A stretch of 64,000 nucleotides of DNA from Candidatus Sumerlaeaceae bacterium (lineage in GTDB: Bacteria > Sumerlaeota > Sumerlaeia > Sumerlaeales > Sumerlaeaceae): contig JBPCLP010000020.1 in assembly GCA_051003195.1 (NCBI GenBank), forward strand, positions 96,001 to 160,000, read 5' to 3'. The translations under genes were made by a program, and so were the position numbers. Under the pieces are notes generated by a model. The model searched no databases. It worked only from the letters and a program-made list of their open reading frames with translations, and was not told where the DNA came from. Positions 30,278 through 37,945 of the stretch are shown here, piece after piece (the stretch's first letter is position 1; every line of letters begins with the position of its first letter).

Positions 30278-32191
30278 TTGCCTCGTGATCGTTATCCCCT
30301 CCCTAACGTTCGGAACGGATCCGCATTGAGTCCATCCGACTCTATTATCGAGGAAGACCACGTCACGCCTGAAGTGAGTCGCGGGCTGGTGCTGCGGCTG
30401 ATCCGATTTCTTGCACCGTACTGGCGGTCCATTGCCCTTGCCAGTTTTCTTTCGCTGTTGATTGCCGGCCTTACGCTGGCCGGGCCGAAGATCGTGCAGC
30501 TGGCGATCGATGAGCACATCGCCGTCGGGGATGCCCGCGGCGTTTTACGGCTCAGCCTGCTGTACCTTGCTACCATAGTTTCCATCCTGGTGTTGGAATA
30601 CTGCCGCGAGTGGATGACGGCATATGTAGGTCAGCACGCGATGTTCGACCTGCGCAGGGAGCTGTTCGCGCATATCCAGCGACTGTCGCTTCCGTTCTTC
30701 GATCGCAATCCGGTCGGGCGTGTCATGACGCGTATCACCAGTGACGTGGCTGCTCTAAACGAAATGTTCAGCCAGGGCCTGACGACTCTCGCAGGCGATT
30801 TATTTCTGCTGGTTGCAATCGCTGGCATTCTGCTGTACAAGAACTGGCTGCTCGCGCTGCTGATATTTTCGACGATCCCGGTGCTGATCGGTGCCGCAGG
30901 CTGGTTTCGCAAGACAGTGAGGGCCGGGTTTCGCGAAGTGCGGGCGAGCCTGAGTCGACTCAATGGTTACCTGCAGGAGAACCTGAGCGGAATGCGCACC
31001 GTGCAGGCGTATAACCGGCAGGCGAAAAATTACGCGCAGTTTCATGAGTTGAACGAACAGTACCGGCAGGCAAACCTGAAGACGATCTTCGCCTACGCAG
31101 TGTTTCTGCCGATCGTTGAACTGCTCGCGGCTGTCGCGATGGCGCTGATCGTGTGGTACGGCGGCATCGCTTCTCTGGACGGCACCATCACGGTCGGTAC
31201 GATCGTGTTGTTTATCCAGTACTGCTCCCGATTTTACCAGCCGGTGAAAGACCTGAGCGATAAGTTTAATGTTCTACAAACTGCAATCGCGGCAAGCGAG
31301 CGCATATTCAAGCTGCTGGACGAAGTTCCGGAAGTGCAGGCGCCACCGAACCCCAAGCGGTTTGAACGGCTGGAGCGTGAAATCGAATTTCAGAATGTGT
31401 GGTTCGCCTATAAGGATGAGCAATGGGTGCTGCGCGACATTTCATTTGAGGTGAAGCGGGGCGAAACCGTCGCACTCGTAGGAGCGACGGGAAGCGGGAA
31501 GACGACGATCGCGAATCTTTTGACGCGATTCTATGACGTGCAAAAAGGTGCCGTGCTGGTCGACGGCGTCGATGTGCGGGAACTCGACCCGTTGGAGCTT
31601 CGGCAACGCATGGCGGTCGTGCTGCAGGATAACTTCTTGTTCAGCGGAGATATCGAATCCAATATCCGGCTTGGAAATGAAAGCATCACGGACGAAAAGC
31701 TGCACCAGGCAGCAGAATTCGTAAATGCGGCGGATTTCATCTCGAACCTGCCGGACGGGTACAAAGCCGAAGTGCTGGAGCGCGGAGCCACTATATCCGT
31801 TGGCCAGAAACAGTTGCTCGCATTTGCGCGAGCGCTGGCATTCAATCCTGAGATTCTTATCCTGGACGAGGCCACGGCGAGTATCGATACCGAGACGGAA
31901 CTGCTGATCCAGGATGCGCTCGCGAAACTGCTGAAGGGACGCACCTCCATTGTGATCGCACATCGCCTGTCGACGATCCAAAATGCGGATCGGATCCTGG
32001 TAATGAGCAAAGGCAAGATTCGCGAGAGCGGCACGCATGCAGAGTTATTACAGCAGGGCGGCCTCTATCGAAAGCTGTACGAGTTGCAATACAGGGCCGC
32101 CCCGACTCGGAAAGAGGATCCGCCAGAAGTCGATTATCGGCATAATATGGACAGAGTTCCTGTCCAACTCTACACAGAAGCTAATGAGTGA
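30278..32191 (+). CDS. ABC exporter, fused TMD and NBD (MdlB/MsbA-like); start uncertain
   Basis: FFDRNPVGRVMTRITSD, GATGSGKT, ISVGQKQ, LILDEATA and IAHRLST. Confidence 0.93.
   Translation: MPRDRYPLPNVRNGSALSPSDSIIEEDHVTPEVSRGLVLRLIRFLAPYWRSIALASFLSLLIAGLTLAGPKIVQLAIDEHIAVGDARGVLRLSLLYLATIVSILVLEYCREWMTAYVGQHAMFDLRRELFAHIQRLSLPFFDRNPVGRVMTRITSDVAALNEMFSQGLTTLAGDLFLLVAIAGILLYKNWLLALLIFSTIPVLIGAAGWFRKTVRAGFREVRASLSRLNGYLQENLSGMRTVQAYNRQAKNYAQFHELNEQYRQANLKTIFAYAVFLPIVELLAAVAMALIVWYGGIASLDGTITVGTIVLFIQYCSRFYQPVKDLSDKFNVLQTAIAASERIFKLLDEVPEVQAPPNPKRFERLEREIEFQNVWFAYKDEQWVLRDISFEVKRGETVALVGATGSGKTTIANLLTRFYDVQKGAVLVDGVDVRELDPLELRQRMAVVLQDNFLFSGDIESNIRLGNESITDEKLHQAAEFVNAADFISNLPDGYKAEVLERGATISVGQKQLLAFARALAFNPEILILDEATASIDTETELLIQDALAKLLKGRTSIVIAHRLSTIQNADRILVMSKGKIRESGTHAELLQQGGLYRKLYELQYRAAPTRKEDPPEVDYRHNMDRVPVQLYTEANE
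32141..32166 (+). promoter_or_regulatory. Relic YefM-type operator/promoter
   Basis: CATAAT followed by the inverted repeat TGGACAG-N5-CTGTCCA, whose halves resemble TGTACA, just upstream of the yefM-like remnant. Confidence 0.4.
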
Positions 32192-32327
32192 AACGACCTG
32201 CACTGCCGCGCGAGCAAATTTGAAATCCGTGATGGATGAGGCAACGCAGTCACGGGAACCGGTTATCACTATTAAAACAATGCGGCGGCCATCCGAAATA
32301 GATTCTATTGACCGCACCGGTGTATAG
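32184..32327 (+). pseudogene. Truncated Phd/YefM family antitoxin remnant
   Basis: MSETTCTAARANLKSVMDEATQSREPVIT matches the Phd/YefM N-terminal DNA-binding pattern; similarity then stops and no toxin gene follows. Confidence 0.65.
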
Positions 32328-32386
32328 CCGAGCTTCGAGACCCCTTGGTAGACAAGGGGAAAGCACACAGAAAAGAGTATATCCAG

Positions 32387-33901
32387 GTGCAGACGACGAC
32401 CAGCATGGACGCCATCGTATCGCTTTGTAAGCGGCGCGGCCTCATATTTCAATCGAGCGAAATTTACGGCGGATTGGCGAGCACCTGGGACTACGGTCCC
32501 CTGGGCGTGGAACTGAAGCGCAACGTAAAGGACGCGTGGTGGCGCGCGATGGTGTACGAGCGCGACGATATCGAGGGCCTGGATGCGGCAATCCTGATGC
32601 ACCCGCAGGCCTGGGTCGCGAGCGGGCACGTGGCCAATTTCAGCGACCCACTCGTCGACTGCAGAAGCTGCAAGCGACGATTCCGGCAGGATCATCTGCC
32701 GCCATTTTTCGGCGTGCAGTTTCTGCATCACGATGAAGGCACAGTTACGGAAACGCAGGTCGTAGCAACGACTGCGGATGATTTTGAAGCCGCTGTAAAA
32801 AAGGTCAGGCAGGGCAAGGAGTGGAGCAGTAAGCCGAAAGGTTACTGGACGGTCGCCGAGCAGCCGGTCGCGGTGGAGCCGCGCTGCCCCGATTGCGGGG
32901 GGGAGTTGACCGAGCCGCGGCAGTTTAACCTGATGTTCAAGACGCACCTAGGTCCTGTTGAAGATTCGGCATCGATTGGATACCTGCGGCCAGAGACGGC
33001 ACAGGGGACGTTCGTTAATTTCGACAACGTGATGACGACGATGCGCCGCAAGCTGCCATTTGGAATCTGCCAGGTGGGTAAAAGTTTCCGCAACGAGATC
33101 ACGCCGGGGAATTTCATCTTCCGCACGCGTGAGTTTGAGCAAATGGAACTCGAGTATTTCTGCAAGCCGGGCGATAAGTGCCAGCCGGGTGAGCGCACCG
33201 ACATGGACTGGTACGAGCACTGGAAGTCGGAGCGCATGGCGTTCTACGTGCGCTACGGGATCCGGCCCGAGAATCTGCGCTTCCGCGATCACGAGCCGGA
33301 TGAACTGGCGCATTATGCGCGCGCGTGTGTCGATATCGATTACCAGTACCCGATCGGGTGGAGCGAACTGGAAGGGATCGCGAACCGCACGGATTACGAT
33401 TTGCGCCAACACATGGAACACTCGAAGAAGGATCTGCGCTTCTTCGATCAGGAACGCAACGAGCACTACCTGCCGTTCGTGATCGAACCGGCCGCCGGTG
33501 TGGATCGCACCGTGCTCGCATTTCTGTGCGATGGGTTCCGCGAGGAAACCGTCGAAGGCAAAGAATCGCGCAAGGTTCTGTCGCTGCACTATGCGCTGGC
33601 GCCGATCAAGTGCGCGGTATTCCCGCTGCTGAAGAACCGGCCCGAGCTGGTAGAGAAGGCCCGCGCGCTTTCACGCGACATGAAGCCGCATTTCTACACC
33701 GTGTACGACGACACCGCCGCCATAGGTAAACTTTACCGCCGCCAGGACGAGATCGGCACGCCGTTTTGCGTGACGGTGGACGTCGACACACTGGAAGACG
33801 GGCAAGTCACCCTGCGCGACCGCGACAGCATGCAGCAGGTCCGCATGCCGATCGAAAAGGTACAGGAGGAAATTAGTCTGCGTCTGAACCCAAAAGGTTA
33901 A
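32387..33901 (+). CDS. glyQS: Glycine--tRNA ligase, alpha2 type
   Basis: SSEIYGG, WDYGPLG, YLRPETAQG, SFRNEITP, FRTREFEQME, ELEGIANR and VIEPAAG, plus anticodon-binding domain; start is GTG 32387 or ATG 32405. Confidence 0.96.
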   Translation: MQTTTSMDAIVSLCKRRGLIFQSSEIYGGLASTWDYGPLGVELKRNVKDAWWRAMVYERDDIEGLDAAILMHPQAWVASGHVANFSDPLVDCRSCKRRFRQDHLPPFFGVQFLHHDEGTVTETQVVATTADDFEAAVKKVRQGKEWSSKPKGYWTVAEQPVAVEPRCPDCGGELTEPRQFNLMFKTHLGPVEDSASIGYLRPETAQGTFVNFDNVMTTMRRKLPFGICQVGKSFRNEITPGNFIFRTREFEQMELEYFCKPGDKCQPGERTDMDWYEHWKSERMAFYVRYGIRPENLRFRDHEPDELAHYARACVDIDYQYPIGWSELEGIANRTDYDLRQHMEHSKKDLRFFDQERNEHYLPFVIEPAAGVDRTVLAFLCDGFREETVEGKESRKVLSLHYALAPIKCAVFPLLKNRPELVEKARALSRDMKPHFYTVYDDTAAIGKLYRRQDEIGTPFCVTVDVDTLEDGQVTLRDRDSMQQVRMPIEKVQEEISLRLNPKG

Positions 33902-33908
33902 AGTTTCG

Positions 33909-34142
33909 GTACCGACGGTATTTACGGAGGACCCATACCGTTTCTATTTCTATAGTCACGAGCCTAACGAACCGCCGCATGTTCACATCGATAGAGATAA
34001 TCAGTCCGCAAAGGTCTGGTTGCAACCCGTAGCGTTGGCACGCAATCATGGTTTCGACGCGCGAGAGCTTCGTCGAATACAACAAATTATTGAAGAGAAT
34101 TGTAGTAGATTCCTGGAGGCATGGCATGAGTACTTCGGTTAA
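33909..34142 (+). pseudogene. DUF4160 family putative toxin lacking a canonical start codon
   Basis: Manual translation: (V)PTVFTEDPYRFYFYSHEPNEPPHVHIDRDNQSAKVWLQPVALARNHGF...FLEAWHEYFG*. First codon is GTA, with an in-frame TGA at 33885 upstream. Confidence 0.8.
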
Positions 34143-34389
34143 TACAGCAGATGAGAGAGTTCGAAGCGTCCACTTTTCCGAAGATAGCCTGTGCGTTGGA
34201 CTTATGGATGGACGCACGATTTGCGTTCCGCTTGCGTGGTTCCCCAGGTTATTTCATGCTTCGACTGACCAGCTTAACAATTGGAAAGTTGCCGCAGCAG
34301 GTTATGGTCTGCATTGGCCAGACTTGGATGAAGATCTAAGTACGGAGGGGATGTTGCGCGGAGCACCGGCGCCACACGTCCAAGCTTAA
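34126..34389 (+). CDS. DUF2442 family protein (putative antitoxin)
   Basis: ATG after GGAGG; LMDGRTICVPLAWFPRL and GLHWPDLDEDLS; overlaps the 3' end of the DUF4160 gene. Confidence 0.9.
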   Translation: MSTSVNTADERVRSVHFSEDSLCVGLMDGRTICVPLAWFPRLFHASTDQLNNWKVAAAGYGLHWPDLDEDLSTEGMLRGAPAPHVQA

Positions 34390-34536
34390 GCCCTTTTAAT
34401 CAACGACTGCGCCGCGTGTGGGTATGGGATGGCGATGCTCTCGATCATCCTTGCCTCGTGTCGCAGTCTAATTTCCATGGGATGAACAGTGCGAGTGCCG
34501 TCGATAATAAAAGCGTTTAGAAGGGCAGCCAAAGCC

Positions 34537-36357
34537 ATGAAAACTACCGTCTTTCTTGCAGCAAGTTTTGCCCTCATCAATTCGCTTCATGCGGCTGAGC
34601 TCCACGTTACTCCCCAAGGCCGGGACACGAATCCCGGAACTCGCTCGAAACCACTGCGTACGATTCAACGAGCCGCTGACATCGCCAGGCCCGGCGATCA
34701 AATCACGGTCCACGGCGGCACCTACCGCGAACGGATCGACCCTCCTGTTGGAGGAACGTCTGACAAGGAACGCATCGTCTACCAGGCTGCACCAGGCGAG
34801 CGCGTTGAAATCAAGGGCTCCGAGGTGGTCAAAAACTGGGAGAAGGTCCAGGATGGCGTGTGGAAAGTCACACTGCCGAATTCCTTCTTCGGCGACTTCA
34901 ATCCTTACAGTGATGTCATTACAGGCAACTGGTTTCATGCCCTTGGCCGAACGCACCACACAGGTGCGGTTTATCTGGATGGCGAGTGGCTGGCGGAGGC
35001 CGCAAAGCTGGACGACGTCCTAAAACCCGCGGGAGCGAACCCGCTCTGGTACGGCAAAGTGGACGAAGAAAATACGACGATCTGGGCACAATTTCATGTC
35101 GATAACCTAAACGATAAACTCGTCGAGATTAACGTTCGACGGGCGGTGTTCTACCCGTCCAGGACCGGGATTAATTACCTGGCAGTTCGCGGCTTCACGC
35201 TGCGCCACGCCGCGCCACCATGGGCCCCACCCACTGCCGAACAGGTCGCGCTGATTGGCACCCACTGGAGCAAAGGTTGGATCATTGAAGACAACGTGAT
35301 CAGCCACTCCGCGTGTAGCGGACTCTCACTTGGCAAGTACGGCGATGAATGGGACAATAAGGGGGAATCTGCAGAGGGCTACGTGAGCACGATCCAGCGT
35401 GCCTTGAAGAATGGCTGGAACAAGGAAACGATTGGTCACCACGTCGTGCGAAACAACACGATATCCCATTGCGAGCAGGCGGGAATTGTCGGAAGCCTCG
35501 GCGCCGTGTTCAGCACGATTACCGGCAATAGCATTCATGACATTCACGTACGGCAGGCGTTTGGGGGCGCAGAGCAGGCGGGCATTAAAATCCATGGGGC
35601 CATCGACTGCACGATTGCGCGTAATCACATTTACAGGTGCAATCGCGGTATCTGGCTGGACTGGATGGGGCAGGGAACGCAAGTATCGCGGAACCTGCTG
35701 CACGACAATGTGCCAAACGAAGACCTGTTCCTGGAAGTGAATCATGGGCCCTTGCTGATCGACAACAATGTGTCGCTGTCGACTAACTCACTCACCACAT
35801 GGTCGCAAGGTTGCGCGTATGTTCACAATCTGTTCGGCGGTTTGATTAAGCGATCAGTGCACGATGCGCGCGTGACTCCATTTATGAGGGCGCATTCGAC
35901 CGAACTTGCCGGGATGCACGACAATCCCTCGGGCGACGAACGCTTCTACAACAACATTTTCATGCGCGATGCAGACTCGAGCGTCTATGACGGTGCGAAA
36001 TTACCTGTTTCGATGCAGGGGAATGTGTACTTCGGCAGCGCAAAGCCTTCCACACACGAGAAGAAGCCCCTGCTTCAACGCGATGCAGATCCTCGAATCG
36101 GGATCAAAGGCCTTAAGGGTGCCTTTTATCTGCAAACGGACTCCGGGAGCGTTTTTGCTGAGGAGGGCACAGGCGTGCTCGTGACGACTGAATTGCTCGG
36201 TAAAGCGGCCATTCCAGACCTCCCCTTCGAGACACCTGCCGGAGCTCCCATCCGCGTCACCACCGACTATTTCGGAAAGCAGCGCGACAGCATGCATCCC
36301 ACACCGGGTCCGCTGGAGAAAATACCGGGTAGCGGGACGCGCATCAAGGTGTGGTAG
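34537..36357 (+). CDS. GH120-like beta-xylosidase (right-handed beta-helix)
   Basis: Signal peptide; HGGTYRE, LPNSFFGDFNPY, WAPPTAEQ, WSKGWIIEDN, GIWLDW and LEVNHGP recall GH120 enzymes. Confidence 0.8.
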   Translation: MKTTVFLAASFALINSLHAAELHVTPQGRDTNPGTRSKPLRTIQRAADIARPGDQITVHGGTYRERIDPPVGGTSDKERIVYQAAPGERVEIKGSEVVKNWEKVQDGVWKVTLPNSFFGDFNPYSDVITGNWFHALGRTHHTGAVYLDGEWLAEAAKLDDVLKPAGANPLWYGKVDEENTTIWAQFHVDNLNDKLVEINVRRAVFYPSRTGINYLAVRGFTLRHAAPPWAPPTAEQVALIGTHWSKGWIIEDNVISHSACSGLSLGKYGDEWDNKGESAEGYVSTIQRALKNGWNKETIGHHVVRNNTISHCEQAGIVGSLGAVFSTITGNSIHDIHVRQAFGGAEQAGIKIHGAIDCTIARNHIYRCNRGIWLDWMGQGTQVSRNLLHDNVPNEDLFLEVNHGPLLIDNNVSLSTNSLTTWSQGCAYVHNLFGGLIKRSVHDARVTPFMRAHSTELAGMHDNPSGDERFYNNIFMRDADSSVYDGAKLPVSMQGNVYFGSAKPSTHEKKPLLQRDADPRIGIKGLKGAFYLQTDSGSVFAEEGTGVLVTTELLGKAAIPDLPFETPAGAPIRVTTDYFGKQRDSMHPTPGPLEKIPGSGTRIKVW

Positions 36358-36510
36358 AAAGCTGCATCGACTATTCACAACTTTGAGCGCCCGATTCGCC
36401 ACGCTGAAATCAATCGAGCGGCTTGTTAGCCAAGCAACTTTATTGCTCGCCTTCCAGCACATACTTATCAGGAACGCTTCCTTGTTGACGCTACCCGCCC
36501 ATGGACAAGA

Positions 36511-37929
36511 ATGCCGCCGCTGATGTCTCAACAAATTCTCATCATCGGAGCGGGACCTACGGGGCTTGGCGCGGCCCACCGGCTGAATGAGCTGGGCCAC
36601 ATAAACTGGCAACTATTCGAGCAGGGCTCGCAGCCGGGTGGACTTGCGGGATCCGTGACCGATGAGATGGGATTCACGTGGGACCTCGGCGGGCACGTGC
36701 AGTTCTCGCACTATAAGTACTTCGATGACCTGATGGACAGCCTGCTTGGGCCGGAGGGCTGGTTGCACCACGAGCGCGAAAGCTGGGTCTGGCTGCGCGA
36801 CCGTTTTGTTCCGTATCCGTTCCAGATGAACCTTCATCGTCTGCCGCGCGAAGAAATGAAAGACTGCGTGTCGGGCCTTGTGAGGCTGTATAAGCAGGGT
36901 GGCGGCAAACGCCCCGCCAATTTCGGCGAGTGGATCGATGCAACGTTCGGTGCGGGGATTGCCCGCGTGTTTATGCGTCCGTATAATTTCAAGGTATGGG
37001 CATATCCTCCCGAGCAGTTGCAATATACATGGATCGGCGAGCGCGTAGCGGTGACGGATCTTGAGCGCGTGTTGAACAACATCTTTGATGGTAAGGATGA
37101 CATCTCGTGGGGGCCGAACAACACATTCCGGTTCCCGGAACGTGGAGGCACGGGTGCGGTGTGGCGTGAGTGCGCGCGTCGGCTGCCGCCGGACAAGATC
37201 CGCTACAATACGCGGGTCAGCGCAGTGAACACGGACAAGCGCGTAGTAACACTGGCCGACGGAAGTACTGAGAAATACGACCTGCTTTTGAGCACGGTGC
37301 CGCTCGAACGATTCGTTGAAATGAGTGACCTCCGTGAAATGCTGCCCAACGTACACAAGCTGAAATACTCCTCCACACACATCTTTGGTATTGGCCTGCG
37401 CGGCGCGCCGGGTCCCCACATCGGCAAGAAATGCTGGATGTATTTCCCGGAAGATAACTGTCCGTTCTACCGGGTAACGGTGTTCTCAAATTACTCTCCC
37501 AACAATGTGCCCGACATCACGCAGTACTGGTCGTTGATGGCCGAGGTGAGTGAATCTCCAGACAAGCCGGTGCTGCCAACACCGGAGGCGCGGCTTGAAG
37601 AAGTAATACAGGGGATGCTGAACACAAAGCTGATCGCCCGCCGCGAGGATATCGTCGATACCTGGCAGATCCGGCTGGAACACGGCTACCCTACACCTTC
37701 ACTGGAACGTGACGAAATCCTTTTCGATGTTCTGCCTTCCCTGGAAAAGCTCGGCGTTGGAAGCCGCGGCCGCTTTGGCGCGTGGCGTTACGAGGTCAGT
37801 AACCAGGATCACTCACTGATGCAGGGCGTCGAGTGGGTTAACCATGTGCTTTACGGCGCGGACGAACTGACCCTGTGGCACCCGGAAGTTGCGAATAACA
37901 TGAACCGCCCGGCGCTTCGGGCGCAATAG
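36511..37929 (+). CDS. Flavoprotein resembling eukaryote-type UDP-galactopyranose mutase
   Basis: GAGPTG, GFTWDLGGHV, FMRPYNFKVW, WGPNNTFRFP, CWMYFPED, PFYRVTVFSNYS and SRGRFGAWRYEVSNQDHS; start may be ATG 36523. Confidence 0.8.
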   Translation: MPPLMSQQILIIGAGPTGLGAAHRLNELGHINWQLFEQGSQPGGLAGSVTDEMGFTWDLGGHVQFSHYKYFDDLMDSLLGPEGWLHHERESWVWLRDRFVPYPFQMNLHRLPREEMKDCVSGLVRLYKQGGGKRPANFGEWIDATFGAGIARVFMRPYNFKVWAYPPEQLQYTWIGERVAVTDLERVLNNIFDGKDDISWGPNNTFRFPERGGTGAVWRECARRLPPDKIRYNTRVSAVNTDKRVVTLADGSTEKYDLLLSTVPLERFVEMSDLREMLPNVHKLKYSSTHIFGIGLRGAPGPHIGKKCWMYFPEDNCPFYRVTVFSNYSPNNVPDITQYWSLMAEVSESPDKPVLPTPEARLEEVIQGMLNTKLIARREDIVDTWQIRLEHGYPTPSLERDEILFDVLPSLEKLGVGSRGRFGAWRYEVSNQDHSLMQGVEWVNHVLYGADELTLWHPEVANNMNRPALRAQ

Positions 37930-37945
37930 TCGAAGACCCGTTCGA

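Noticed and set aside
32048..33589. Long antisense ORFs opposite glyQS (and similar ones opposite acnA, ahcY and others)
   Set aside because: These are shadow frames expected in GC-rich coding DNA and show no recognisable motifs.
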